A DNA stretch of 64,000 bases. It comes from Candidatus Eiseniibacteriota bacterium (GTDB taxonomy: Bacteria; Orphanbacterota; Orphanbacteria; Orphanbacterales; Orphanbacteraceae). The stretch covers positions 114,904 to 178,903 of the forward strand of contig JAFGGD010000026.1 of assembly GCA_016930695.1 (NCBI GenBank), read 5' to 3'. A model generated the notes under the pieces. That model was not told the DNA's origin, did not search any database, and saw only the letters and a program-made list of their open reading frames with translations. The first letter of the stretch is position 1. Every line of letters starts with the position of its first letter. The position numbers and the translations under genes are program-made. Below, piece after piece: positions 11,630-22,700 of the stretch.

Positions 11630-12910
11630 TCAGTCTCCTTTATTCATGGCCGGCAAGACCCCGCCGATCAATTCGGCGACCCTCTCCGGCGCTTTGTACT
11701 TGGCCGGCCGGTCGAGTTCGTCGAGCAATCCGTTCACTTCCGCCTTGAGCTGCACCATCCGCGTTTCCCGCTCCACCGTCTGACCCACGAGAATCTCCAG
11801 GCGGTGCTTCGCCTCGGAAATCTCCTTCATGTGCCGCTTCAGTTCTTCCTCGCTACTCTTCCTCTCCGTGATGTCCACGAAGGTCTCCAGGAGGAGCTCC
11901 TCATCGTCGAGCAGAAGCGGAAGAACGGACTTGAGAACCGGAATGGAACCTCCCGACGCGTCCAGCACGACCCCCTCGCGGTTGTGGATCGATTCCTCTC
12001 CACGCAGGACGGGGCACTCCTTCATCGGACTGGAACAAAAGGTGTCCCGGCAGCTTCGGCCGATCAGTTCCCCCTCGGTCCTCTCCAGGAGGGCCAGGGC
12101 GGCTTCGTTGACGCTGCGGATAGTCCCTCGCCGGTCCACGAGGACGACCGCGAACGGGAGCCCCTCCAAGGTGGCCCGCATCGTCTCGAGGGTCCGGCGC
12201 ACCGATTTCTCCGCCTCCCGGCGGCGCGTTTCCGTGGCGATGGCGTTGCGGATCACCGTGAGCAGGAGGATCACGACCACGCCGAGGATGGCCAGGAGCA
12301 CCCAGGCGAGCCGACGGGTCATCGCCGTGATTTCCCGCCGTTCGTCCTCGACGTAAAGACCGGTGCCGACGATCCATCCCCAGGCTTCGCAACCCTTCAC
12401 GTAGGATATTTTCGGCGCCACTCGGTCGGGATCGTCCTTCCACTGCCACATGTAATCGACGAAACCCTCTCCCCGTTCGCGCACGATGCGGACCATTTCG
12501 ACGACGAGGAGTTTTCCGTTCGGGTCGGCGTAATCACTCATGTCAGTCCCGTCCATGTCGGTGCGGTAGGGATGCATGAGCATGGTGGGATGCATGTCGT
12601 TGATCCAGAAATAGTCCTTCTTCTCCGGGCCGTAGCGGAGATGCCGGACATGATCCATCGCCGCTTTCTGCGCCGCTTCCCGCGTCAGCGTCCCTTCCTG
12701 TTCCAGGCGGACGTAGTAGTCGATCACGCTCCAGGCGATCGCGGTCTGTTCGCGCACCATCTCCATTTTCTTCGATCGGAGGCTTTCCTCGAACTGCGGC
12801 AGGATGAAGAGGAAGGCCGCGACCGTGAAGAGCGCGAGCGAGGCGAATACCGGCAGGAAGATACGGAGATGCAGGCCGTTCCAGATGGATGTCCGGTCGT
12901 CGTCCGGCAT
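11630..12910 (-). CDS. Membrane sensor: TM-sCache_2-TM-PAS-coiled coil, no catalytic output domain
   Basis: Cache motifs 'LRYG..DYFWIND..MLMHP', 'YMWQWK..PKISYV..WGWIVGTG'; PAS ending 'FVDITERK'; C-terminal 'ERETRMVQLKAEVNGLL'; start moved to ATG 12910. Confidence 0.85.
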   Translation of the reverse strand: MPDDDRTSIWNGLHLRIFLPVFASLALFTVAAFLFILPQFEESLRSKKMEMVREQTAIAWSVIDYYVRLEQEGTLTREAAQKAAMDHVRHLRYGPEKKDYFWINDMHPTMLMHPYRTDMDGTDMSDYADPNGKLLVVEMVRIVRERGEGFVDYMWQWKDDPDRVAPKISYVKGCEAWGWIVGTGLYVEDERREITAMTRRLAWVLLAILGVVVILLLTVIRNAIATETRRREAEKSVRRTLETMRATLEGLPFAVVLVDRRGTIRSVNEAALALLERTEGELIGRSCRDTFCSSPMKECPVLRGEESIHNREGVVLDASGGSIPVLKSVLPLLLDDEELLLETFVDITERKSSEEELKRHMKEISEAKHRLEILVGQTVERETRMVQLKAEVNGLLDELDRPAKYKAPERVAELIGGVLPAMNKGD

Positions 12911-13355
12911 GTAATCTCTCCCGGTCCCCGGCGGTCCCGTGGCTTCTTGTAGATCGTATGGGAGGGCGATGGCCCCGAAGGCCATTCCCCGCGAGAACGT
13001 ACCCGTCCCTTCCCGGGTCCTTGTCCCGCTCGGGCTTGTGGCGGAGCGGGGCGCAAGGACCGTCCTCGAACGAGTTATCGGCATTCCCGAGAATTTCTTG
13101 CCCGTCGGGAAACGATCTGTCTTTCCCGGGGAAACCGGGGAGCGGAGCGGCGGGGGCGGGGGAGTGGGGCGAAAAATCCGCGCGGTTCCGTGCCGTTCGT
13201 CTCGAATCGGCCGGAAAGAGCGAGAAAGAGGAAAATCTTCCCTCCGCGTGGCCGGAGGGGCGGCGTTTCGGGAGGCGTGGACCCTTCATAAGAGAAGTCT
13301 TTGTGCCGAAAAATGATATAGAGACGATTTTCGGTTCCAGCAAGGGAGGGACGGA

Positions 13356-14846
13356 ATGTTCGCTACGGGAACATCGCGATACGGCGGCATCGCCGGTCGG
13401 GTGCTCCGCGAGACGATGACGCCGGGTACTTTTGTGACCGGCCTCGCGGTGGCGTTGCCGATCGGCCTGCTCGCCATTGTATCCGAACGGGCCGGGTCGA
13501 AGGTGTCGCCGGCCGCTCTGGTGCAGGTGGCCGCCACGCTCGCCCTGGCGCGGATCGCGTTGAACGGATACGCGGGGCAGTGGCGCGGCACGGTCTTCTC
13601 GAAAACCGGCGGCTCCGATTTCGACGTACTGACGGTCGCCATCCGCTTCGTTCTTCTCAGTTCCTGTTGGTTGATCCCCCTCTATCTGCTCGGCTTCCGT
13701 CCCGGAAACACGATGGAGTCGGCCGGAATGATGATGATGGGGATGGGGGGTGGAGAAAAAGCCTTGCTGGGCGCCCTCTACGTCATGCTCGTCGCCCTTT
13801 CGCCCCCCGTGTTTTTGATCGCGTCGGTGGGCGCTTCGAACATCGTCGATCTTTTCAGCGCCGAATACTGGCGAAACACATTCGGCGGCCGGGTGGGCGA
13901 CATATTCCTGGTTTACGCCCTCTACCTCGGCGGGCTGACGATGGCGGTCGTCCTCTCCCTGCCTCTGTTGGTTCTTGTCGGCGCGCGCAGCGGTCAGGGC
14001 GGCATTCTCGTCGGAGGCGCCGTGGGTGTCTATCTTCTCGGCTTCGCCGTGACTCTTCTCGGGAGGTTGTGCGGATTCTTCGCCGCCTCGGGTGGTCCCG
14101 GCGAGGAGGAGACGGCGGATCTCGACCCTTCACCGATTCTGGACGTGATGGCGAAGGCGGACCGTCCCGCCCAGGCGAAGGGGGGACGGACGCCGGTTCA
14201 CCGGGCCGTCACCCGAAGCGCCGAGCGGGATTCGCGCAGACTGCGCGCCTCCATGCCCGCCGTTGTCGCCCCGAACGGCCGCCCCGTCGTCACCGATGCG
14301 GTGGGCAGGGTGAGTAAAGCGGAGGCGCGTTTCGCCGACGACCCGGACGGCGCCATCGAGGAACTGCGCCGGCTGGACGCGGAATACGAACCGAATCCGC
14401 TCGTTCTTTGCGGTCTCTGCCGGTTCCTGATCGGCGCGGGACGCGAGGATGAGGCGGTGCGTCTCGCCGACCGGGCGATCCCCTGGAGTCTGGCGCGGGG
14501 GAGCCATAGACCGGCCGCCGAAGCGTACCGCGAATTCGGGGAGCGGGCGGGGCGATTGCAGCTGAACGATGATGATCTGCTGCGGATCGGGAACACCCTC
14601 CGGACCATGCTCGATCTGGAAACCGCCGGCCGCGCCTACCGCGCGATTCTGGACCGGCGCCCCTCCGACGCGGGTGCGGTGAAGGGGATGCTCCAAACCG
14701 CCGAGGCGTACGTCCACGGCAAGGGATCGCCCCAGGACGCGATCCGCGTCTACGATTATCTGCTCGAGCGCTGCCCCGATTCCCCTCTCGCCGACTTCAT
14801 GCATGCGGGGAAGGAGGAGGCGGAACTCCGCATCGCCCGGAGGTGA
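13356..14846 (+). CDS. Multi-TM membrane protein with C-terminal TPR-like domain
   Basis: About six hydrophobic helices, a low-complexity linker, then helical repeats ending 'YDYLLERCPDSP'; GGGAGG RBS. Confidence 0.75.
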   Translation: MFATGTSRYGGIAGRVLRETMTPGTFVTGLAVALPIGLLAIVSERAGSKVSPAALVQVAATLALARIALNGYAGQWRGTVFSKTGGSDFDVLTVAIRFVLLSSCWLIPLYLLGFRPGNTMESAGMMMMGMGGGEKALLGALYVMLVALSPPVFLIASVGASNIVDLFSAEYWRNTFGGRVGDIFLVYALYLGGLTMAVVLSLPLLVLVGARSGQGGILVGGAVGVYLLGFAVTLLGRLCGFFAASGGPGEEETADLDPSPILDVMAKADRPAQAKGGRTPVHRAVTRSAERDSRRLRASMPAVVAPNGRPVVTDAVGRVSKAEARFADDPDGAIEELRRLDAEYEPNPLVLCGLCRFLIGAGREDEAVRLADRAIPWSLARGSHRPAAEAYREFGERAGRLQLNDDDLLRIGNTLRTMLDLETAGRAYRAILDRRPSDAGAVKGMLQTAEAYVHGKGSPQDAIRVYDYLLERCPDSPLADFMHAGKEEAELRIARR

Positions 14847-14873
14847 CGCCCGCGCCGCGGAACCGATCAAGCG

Positions 14874-14903
14874 AAAAAGCCGCCCGCCGGGGCGGCATTT
14901 TTT
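14874..14903. terminator. Bidirectional rho-independent terminator
   Basis: AAAAAGCCGCCC-GCCG-GGGCGGCATTTTTT between convergent genes. Confidence 0.75.
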
Positions 14904-14953
14904 GCGCGTCCCCCGGCGCCCGTTCGAATCGAAAACGCCCGCCTTTCTCGGCG

Positions 14954-17206
14954 CTATCGGTTCTCCAGCCGGCGCAGCGCCCGGATCGACGATGAAAAGG
15001 TGGGATCGATGCGGAGCGCCTCGCGGTACTCGTCGATCGCCTCTTCGCGCCGCCCCGTTTCGACGAGCGCCTCACCCAGGCTGTCGTGCGTGTTCGCCAC
15101 GTCCGGGTACAATTCCGCGTTCAGCCGGAAGAGTGCGAGCGCCGCGTCCAACCTCTCCTGCATCAGGCGGTAGCCCGCCGCGTTCAACAGGTCGGGCCCG
15201 AAATCGTAGTAGTCCGGCCATCGCCGCCGCAGCTCCCGGTAGAGGGCGATCGCCGCGCCTCCCCCTTCGCGGCTCCCCCTGTCGACGAGGGCGGAGCGGA
15301 TGTCCGGCGTCTCGACGGCGCGCGCCGAGTCGAGAACGGAAGCGTCCACCCAGAAGACGTCTCCCTGCCCGTTGCGCGGTTCGGCGGCGCGGGCGATCAG
15401 ATCCGCGAAGGAGAGCGGTTCGCGGGAATGGTCCGGCCGGTCGTCGCCGGCGTGGTTGTAGAAGAGGTAGCGCCCGCAGGGGGAGAGGAAGGGCATCCGC
15501 GTCTGTCCGCCGCCGTTGATGCGGTGGCCGAGCCGGCGCGCCGGCTCCCAACCGCCGAGTGCGTCGCGGAAGCTTACGAAGAGACCGTCCCCTTCCGGCC
15601 GGCCGAAGGAGCTGAGGATGATGTATCGTTCTTCCGGATCGATGAAATGCCATGCGTCGAAATAGGGCGAATTCACGGCCGGCCCGAGATCGCGCGGCTC
15701 CGACCAACCGCCGTCGGGGAGCGGTTCGGCGACGAAGATGTCCAGGTTCCGCGGTCCCCCTCCGTCTCGCGCCGCCACGGCGAAATAGGCGTTTCCGTTT
15801 TCGGCGAAGACGGGCATGAGGGCGCCGGTCCGGGTAAGCGCCGTGTCGAGAACCGGCTCTCCCCAGTCGTCGCCGCTCCGGTCCACGTACCAGCAGCGCC
15901 ACGAGTCGTGGGGCGCCGCCGCGCCCGGGTCTGGACGGCGGGAGCTGAACCGGAGCCGGCTCCCCCCGCGCGTGAAACAGGGGTTGTCGTCCCTGTGGCG
16001 GCCCGAGAAGGGGGCGACCTCCGGACCGGTCCATCGTCCGTTTGCTCTTCGCATGTGAAGGAGCGTGTGCTCCACGGCGCCGGCCGCGGTCCAGAACACC
16101 TCGTTCCCGTCTGGGGAGAAGACGGCGGCGCTGTGTTCGTGGAGCCCGGTGGAGATGGTCCCACGGCCGAAGAGACGCGGCTCCGGGCCGGGCGGTTCCT
16201 CGCCGAGATAGTCCCCGTCGAGGATCATTGTCGACCCCGGCCGGGCGGGATCGAGAACGGCGGCGCTCATCCGGTAGATGTCGTTTCCCATGTTTTGGGG
16301 CGCCTTCATCCTGTCCCGGATGGAGGCGATGTTCCGCGGCGGTCCGTCGGGATCGAATTCCTGGAACCGCCTGCCGGTGAAAAAGATCCATTCGCCATCC
16401 GGAGAGAAGGTGGGGAAAAGATCGTTACCGTCGGCGGCGTACAGCTCCTGTAGGGGACGCGGATCGGTCCACGGTCCGCCGTTTTCGCGGAAGGAGACGA
16501 AGCCGCCGCTCCGCCGGGGGCCGCCGAAGACGGTGAAGAGGAGCGTATTCCCGTCGGGCGAGATCGACGGCCGCGTCTCCTCTGCCTCGCTGTTCACCGC
16601 CGCGCCGAGGGAAACCGGCTCCCCCCAACCGGTGCCGTGGCGCGGAAGGAGAAAGAGATCACTCCCTCCCTCGCCGTCGGCGGAGGGGATCCAGGCGTAA
16701 CCGTTCCCCTCGGCGTCGAAGGAGTAGGGGATGGCCGGGTCGAAATCGGGAAATCGCTCGGGAGGACCGAAGCCGCCATTCCGCCTCTCCACCACGTAGC
16801 ACCTGTAGTAAGGCAGCGGGTCGTCTTCCCCGCCGTCCGGCCTTCGAGAGCGGAAGAATACGCGCCGACCCCCGGGGGACCAGACCGGCAGTTCGTCCGG
16901 CCAACGGCCGGAGAAGGGAGCCGTCTCGGGACCGATCCATCGTCCTCCTTCACGGTGAATCCGGAGGATGACGTGATGGTCGCCCTCCTCGACGTGCCAG
17001 AGCGCTTCGTTCCCGTCGGGCGAGAAGCGGACGGCGCCCGCCTCGTCGAGGCCCGTGGAAACGAGCCCGGCGGCGAACAGTCCGGGGGAGCGCCCGGGTT
17101 CCCGACGGCCCTCGGGGTAATCGATCTCCCCGGCGCCGGCGGGGTCCGAGGCGGCGAGGACGAAGAGGAGAGAGGCGGCTACGGTAAGGCGCGCTCGATC
17201 GAACAA
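14954..17206 (-). CDS. Exported PD40/TolB-like beta-propeller repeat protein (duplicated module) with C-terminal TPR
   Basis: TTG start with AGGAGG RBS; signal peptide; repeated 'FSPDG', 'GPE.APFSG', 'LG.AVNS'; tail 'LNAAGY..NTHDSLGEAL'. Confidence 0.82.
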   Translation of the reverse strand: MFDRARLTVAASLLFVLAASDPAGAGEIDYPEGRREPGRSPGLFAAGLVSTGLDEAGAVRFSPDGNEALWHVEEGDHHVILRIHREGGRWIGPETAPFSGRWPDELPVWSPGGRRVFFRSRRPDGGEDDPLPYYRCYVVERRNGGFGPPERFPDFDPAIPYSFDAEGNGYAWIPSADGEGGSDLFLLPRHGTGWGEPVSLGAAVNSEAEETRPSISPDGNTLLFTVFGGPRRSGGFVSFRENGGPWTDPRPLQELYAADGNDLFPTFSPDGEWIFFTGRRFQEFDPDGPPRNIASIRDRMKAPQNMGNDIYRMSAAVLDPARPGSTMILDGDYLGEEPPGPEPRLFGRGTISTGLHEHSAAVFSPDGNEVFWTAAGAVEHTLLHMRRANGRWTGPEVAPFSGRHRDDNPCFTRGGSRLRFSSRRPDPGAAAPHDSWRCWYVDRSGDDWGEPVLDTALTRTGALMPVFAENGNAYFAVAARDGGGPRNLDIFVAEPLPDGGWSEPRDLGPAVNSPYFDAWHFIDPEERYIILSSFGRPEGDGLFVSFRDALGGWEPARRLGHRINGGGQTRMPFLSPCGRYLFYNHAGDDRPDHSREPLSFADLIARAAEPRNGQGDVFWVDASVLDSARAVETPDIRSALVDRGSREGGGAAIALYRELRRRWPDYYDFGPDLLNAAGYRLMQERLDAALALFRLNAELYPDVANTHDSLGEALVETGRREEAIDEYREALRIDPTFSSSIRALRRLENR

Positions 17207-17381
17207 GGGAACCTCCTGATTTCGATGAAGAAAGGGGAACCGTTACGAGTCGATCCGAATACATGACGCCCCGGCCGGTGCGGACGATCAAGATTTTTCC
17301 GGCGACTCCTTCGGGTCCCCGGCGGGAAACCGCGGCGCCGCGGTTGATTGTAACGATAATTCAAGCAAACAGTTGACCGGC

Positions 17382-17410
17382 TTGCGCCCCGGAAGAACGC
17401 GGGGTACAAT
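17382..17410 (+). promoter_or_regulatory. Sigma70-type promoter
   Basis: TTGCGC, 17 nt spacer, TACAAT, upstream of the MFS gene. Confidence 0.5.
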
Positions 17411-17494
17411 CGGCGGATTGAAGCAACGGGGTGGCCGGACCGAACGGCCGCGCGAGAAAGCCCACTTCCAAAAGAGAAACGAGGGCGTGAGAAC

Positions 17495-18910
17495 ATGAGC
17501 AACAGCGCGGGGAGCGTGTCGGACGGCGGCCTCTGGGGCAACCTCGTCCGATACTTCCGGGATTTCAAGGTCCTTCGTCACACCCGGTCCGAGTACTGGG
17601 GCATCCAGATCATCAATTTTCTCGACAGCACCACCTTCTTTTCCATCCTGACCATCGCCGTCATTCTCCTCTCCGACGATTTCGGGTTCAGTGACGAGAA
17701 GGCGGGGTACGTGGTCACCCTCTACGCGAGCACGACCACCATCTGTCTCTTCTTCTCCGGCATGGTCACCGATTGGCTCGGGATCCGGCGGGCGTTCTAC
17801 ACCGCCATGATCGGCCAGTTCCTTACACGCGGCGCGATCATGGTGCTCGCCCTCTCGCCGATGCTCTTCCCCGAGTACCGGGGCGTCATCGTCACCATCG
17901 CCTTCTTCTTGATGGCCCCCTTCGTGGCGATGATCCAGACCGTCTACCAGGCGGCGAACAAACGGTTCACCACCAAAAAGTCGCGCGGCGCCGGCTTCAA
18001 CCTCTGGTATCTCTTCATGAATATCGGCGCCTTCGCCGCGGGCCTGCTGATCGACTTCATCCGTCTTACCTTGGGGCTGCCGAACGGCCACATCTTCACC
18101 TTCGCCGTGATCGCCCACGTGATCTCCTTCTTCCTGATCATGGGATTCATCCGGCGCGAGGAGCAGATCTACGACGAGGGGGAGGAGCCGACGCCCGAGG
18201 AGGCGGCGAAGCCGAAGGAGCGCAAAACCCCTTGGCAGATCGCCGGCTCGGTGCTGAAAGAGTCGATCTTCTGGCGCTTCCTCGTTCTCATCTCGCTCCT
18301 CATCGGCGTGAGGGCGTGCTTCCTCTATCTGCATCTCCTTTGGCCCAAGTACTGGCTCCGGGTGATCGGCCCGGAGGCGAAGATCGGCGTGCTTCAGGCG
18401 ATCAATCCGTTTCTGGTGATCTTCGGGCTCATTCTGCTCATCCCGATTCTGAATCGGTTCAGCGTGTACAAGATGCTCACCTTCGGCGGCATGATCTCCG
18501 GCCTCTCTCTCTTCGTGTTGGCGGTCCCCTCCTACGGACACATGACCTACGTCTACTCCATCATCGCCCTGGTGGTCCTGACCGTGGGGGAGGTGATCTG
18601 GTCGCCGAGGCTGAACGAGTACACGGCGGCCATCGCGCCGGAGGGGCAGGAGGGGACCTACCTCGGATTGTCCATGGTCCCCTACTTCTTCGCGAAAACG
18701 GTGGTGAGCCTGCTTTCCGGCCACATGCTCACCCGCTGGGTTCCCCTCGACATGGGCGAGCGGCTGCGCGCCGGCACGGTCGCCTTCGTCGACTCGCCGA
18801 GTATGCTCTGGCTGATTCTGGGCGCATTCGCCCTCGGCGGTCCTCTCGTGGCGCTGCTGCTGAAGGACTGGTTCACCAAGGGAGCGCACTGGGAGAAGGC
18901 GCGCCGGTAA
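17495..18910 (+). CDS. MFS transporter, POT/PTR peptide-transporter-like
   Basis: About 12 TM; 'GMVTDWLGIRR', 'GFNLWYLFMNIGA', 'INP', 'GEVIWSP', 'APEGQEGTYLG'. Confidence 0.85.
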   Translation: MSNSAGSVSDGGLWGNLVRYFRDFKVLRHTRSEYWGIQIINFLDSTTFFSILTIAVILLSDDFGFSDEKAGYVVTLYASTTTICLFFSGMVTDWLGIRRAFYTAMIGQFLTRGAIMVLALSPMLFPEYRGVIVTIAFFLMAPFVAMIQTVYQAANKRFTTKKSRGAGFNLWYLFMNIGAFAAGLLIDFIRLTLGLPNGHIFTFAVIAHVISFFLIMGFIRREEQIYDEGEEPTPEEAAKPKERKTPWQIAGSVLKESIFWRFLVLISLLIGVRACFLYLHLLWPKYWLRVIGPEAKIGVLQAINPFLVIFGLILLIPILNRFSVYKMLTFGGMISGLSLFVLAVPSYGHMTYVYSIIALVVLTVGEVIWSPRLNEYTAAIAPEGQEGTYLGLSMVPYFFAKTVVSLLSGHMLTRWVPLDMGERLRAGTVAFVDSPSMLWLILGAFALGGPLVALLLKDWFTKGAHWEKARR

Positions 18911-18933
18911 GAACGCCCGAGCCGTCCGGCCGA

Positions 18934-19647
18934 TCAACCCGCCGCCGCGACTTCCGCGAAACGGCGGAGGATCGCCGCCGCTTCCGGCGTCTCTCTTACG
19001 CCGGAGATCAGACGGTCCGGGTCGAGCCCCCCGGCGGCGAGTTCTTTGCGATAGGCGTCGACATAATCCGCGGTGATTCCGGCGTCGAATTCGGGGTGGA
19101 ACTGGACTCCCCAAACGCGGCTCCCGGCCCGGAACGCGGCGTGCGGGTCCGCGTCGGCGGAGGCGAGCAGAACCGCTCCGGGGGGAAGACGGAGCACGCG
19201 CTGGGCGTGGCTCGCCTGCGCGGGAAACGAATCGGGGAACCCACGGAAAAGAGGATCCCCCGCCGCTCCGGCGGCCGACCGGAAGGAGACGGTGCCGAAG
19301 TTCCTTCCCGCCGGGTTCGGCCCCACCTCGCCGCCGAGGGCGTAGGCGAGGATCTGATGGCCGAAACAGATCCCGAGAAGGGGCACTTCTTGCCGGACCG
19401 CGCCGGAGAGCCATTGCGCCGCGCGGATCATCCACGCCGTCCCGTCGGTCACGTTCTCCCGAGAACCGGTGACGACCACGCCGGCGTACTCCGCCGGGTC
19501 CGGAAGCGCCTCTCGCCGCCCGTCGGCGACCCGTACCGGAAGCCCTCCGCCCAAGCCCCGTCCGATCCAGTCCTCGAAATCGCCGCGTCTTTCGCGTATG
19601 CCGGGAAGCGCTTCCCCGACCTTCAAGATCAGCACGCCCTTCTTCAC
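18934..19647 (-). CDS. Stand-alone class I glutamine amidotransferase
   Basis: 'GICFGHQ' nucleophile motif and 'QFHPE'; GTG start with GGAGG RBS. Confidence 0.9.
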   Translation of the reverse strand: MKKGVLILKVGEALPGIRERRGDFEDWIGRGLGGGLPVRVADGRREALPDPAEYAGVVVTGSRENVTDGTAWMIRAAQWLSGAVRQEVPLLGICFGHQILAYALGGEVGPNPAGRNFGTVSFRSAAGAAGDPLFRGFPDSFPAQASHAQRVLRLPPGAVLLASADADPHAAFRAGSRVWGVQFHPEFDAGITADYVDAYRKELAAGGLDPDRLISGVRETPEAAAILRRFAEVAAAG

Positions 19648-19719
19648 GTTCTCTCCTCCGTTTCCATTCTAAAGGATCCCCGGCGCCCGCGCACGGGAAG
19701 GCGGTGGGGGAGATGAGAC

Positions 19720-19748
19720 TTGAGATTGAGATCCTAAGAATGTAGACT
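19720..19748 (+). promoter_or_regulatory. Sigma70-type promoter for the large activator gene
   Basis: TTGAGA, 17 nt spacer, TAGACT; overlaps short TGAGA direct repeats. Confidence 0.45.
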
Positions 19749-19787
19749 GGGAACGCGTCTTTCCCCGGACGATCGCACGGAGGATTC

Positions 19788-22700
19788 ATGTCGCGCCGAA
19801 CCCCGCCCCGCATGCCTGCCGGTTATCGCGTGGAGAGCGTGCTCAAATCGGACGGCGAACGGGTGGTGGCGATCGCCCATCCCGCGGACGGCGGCGACAG
19901 GGTCGTATTGAAGGTGGTCGGCCCGCGCGCGGAGGAGATGGCCCGGGTCCGTTTCCATGACGTGATCCGCCTGCAGGGAGACCTCGTTCATCCCGGCATC
20001 TGCCCGATCATCAATGTCGGACGCACGCCCGACGGCGGCGTCTTCGCCGTCTATCCTTACGTGAAAACCGTCGATCCGGCGGCGTGGACGGCGGTGGATC
20101 GGAAGACCCGTTTTCCTCTCGTCGTGCGCGCCCTCTCGGAGCCGGTCGCCTTTCTCCACGAACACGGCCACGTTCACGGCGACCTCAAACCGTCGAACAT
20201 CCTGTTCCGGGCGGAGGAGGGGGAGATTCGCGATCTTCTTCTTACCGATTTTCTCCCTCCCCTCTTTTTTCGCGGGGACCGGCTCGGGACGATCGCCGGA
20301 ACATTGGGATACCTCGCCCCCGAGGCGATCCGCGGAAACGAACCGGATCACCGTTCCGATCTCTACTCGCTCGGCGCGACCCTCCACGAGATCCTCACCG
20401 GAAGCCCTCTCTTCACCGGTTCGGCGGAGGAGGTGGCTTGGGGGCATCTGTCGGCTCGGCCGCGGGTCGGCGCGCCGCGGGAGTGGAACCTTCCCGCTCG
20501 ATGGAACGAAGCATTGGAGCGTTTGCTCGCGAAGAGCCCCGCGGACCGGCCTCAGACGGCGCGGGATTTCCTGGCCGACTTCTTCGATGAAAAGCCCGGA
20601 AGCGGGCGCGTCACCGTGGTCGCCCGTCCCCCCCTGGTCGGCCGGGACTCCCTGCTCGAGGAGATGCGCGATTGGTCGAGCCTGGACGACCGCCCCTGTC
20701 TCGCCCTCCGGGGGGAGAAGGGGTGGGGGAAGACCCGCCTTCTCCGCGAATTCTCCCTTCAGCTCCGTTTGGACGGCGAGAAAGTCGCCTTCCTCTCCGT
20801 CCCGGAGGCGGTGTGCGACCGGCCTTACGAGGGGGCTCGCCTCCTCCTCGCGGCGATCTCCGCCGATCCCCTGCGGTGGGATCTGGGGCGCATCGCGTCG
20901 TCGCCGAGGCGCTCGGGGACGGCCGGGTCGAGCGGCGAACTCTCCCTCTTCCGCGCGATCTACCGGATCTGGGAAGAGAGGATCGCCGGTTTCGCGGATC
21001 GGGGAGGAAAGCCGATTCTCGTGATCGTCGACAACCTGGATCATTTCGACGACTCCTCTCTCCGTTTCTTCCGTTTCCTCCTTGATCGTGACGGTCCGCC
21101 GCCGGTCCGTTTTCTCGCCTCGATCGGATCGGTCGAATCCCCTCAGCTCTCCTCCCTTCTCGACCGTTTCGAGGAGCGAGGATTGCTCCGGACCTTAATG
21201 CTCGAGGTGCTCAGTGATTCCGACGTGGAAGAGTGGATTCGAGGCGTCCTCGGAAACGGAAAGGTCGACCCCGGGTTGACGCGGGAGGCGGTTCGTCGTT
21301 CCGGCGGCGTGCCGGCGCGGCTGGAGGGGCTGGCCAGGCGGTGGATCGCGCGCGGGCGCGTGCGGCGGAAGTACGGATCCTTCACGCTGTCCGAGACTCC
21401 GGCGCCGGGTGACGACGCGGGCGCCGGGGAGGAGAGCGCCGTCGGGCTCGATCCCGCCGGGCTTCCCCCGCGGGCGGCGCTGCTGGCCGCCGCCGTCGCC
21501 CTCTCGCCCATCGCGGGCGACGCGCCTTTCTATAGGAGGCTTCTCGGCGTTCCCGAGGAGGACTGGCCGGTGCTGGTGAACGCCCTGGTCGGGCGCGGGT
21601 GGATCCGGATCGATCCCGATCCCGCCGGCGATCGCTACTCCTTGAAAGACGAGGCGTTCCGCCCGGCGTTGGCCGGGATGATTTCGGCCGACACGCGGAC
21701 GAAGCTGCATCGCGCCGCGGCGCGGCTCCGCGCGGAGGAGGAGAAGAGGGGGGTGGAGGGAGCCTCGCTGATCGTCGCGCACCACCTGGCGGGCGCCGGA
21801 TCGTTCGCGGCGGCGAGACGGAAGCTCATGAAGGCGGCGGAGGGGATGGAACGTCTCTTTCTCTTCCGGGACGCGGCGCGGCTTTACCGGCGCGCCTCCG
21901 CCGTCGATCCCGGGAGCATCGCTCCCGGCGAGAGGGCGAAACTCCTTCTCCGGCTCGCCGAAACGCGGTTCCGGGCCGGCGAGACGCGGGGCGCCCGGGC
22001 GGCGGCGCGGCTTCTCCTCGCGTGGGGCCGCGACCGTGGGATCGATCGGTCCACGATTATCCGGGCCGGGCTTCTGGACGCCTGGATCTTCTGCAATCAA
22101 GGGAATCCCGGGCGCGCGGAGAAGAAACTCCGGGCCCTTCTGAGTCCCCCGGAGGGACTGTCACCGCGGGACCGGGCGGCGATCCTTCGCGATCTGGGGT
22201 GGGCGCTGCTCGACCAGAACCGGAAGGAGGAAGCCGGCCGGGCGCTCCGATCGGGGCTGGAGGCGCTCAAGGGAACGCGCGAGAGGGTGCTGAAAGGTCA
22301 AATCTTCAACCGTCTCGGAGCGATCGCCTATAACGGCCACGACTGGGCGCGCGCCATCACGTTTTACCGGCGGGCGGTCCGCGTCTTAGAGGGAACCGCG
22401 CCCGGCGAGGCGGTCCCCCCCTTGTCCAATCTGGCGCTCATTTATTATTGGACGGGGCGGCTTCGCGATGCGCGGGAGTCGATGGAGCGGACCCTCCGGA
22501 TCGCCCGGGAGACGGGAAACCTGATCGAGGAGGCGCGCATCTCGGAGGATCTGGCCCGCGTGTTCGCGCGTCTGGGCCGTTGGGAGGAAGCAGGTCGTCT
22601 TTTTCACGAAGCGTTCGTCACCTTCCGGGAGTACGGCGAGAGCGCTCACGAGGCGACCACGCTCCTCAGCATGGGGCACGCGGCCCGGGAGAGGGGAAGG

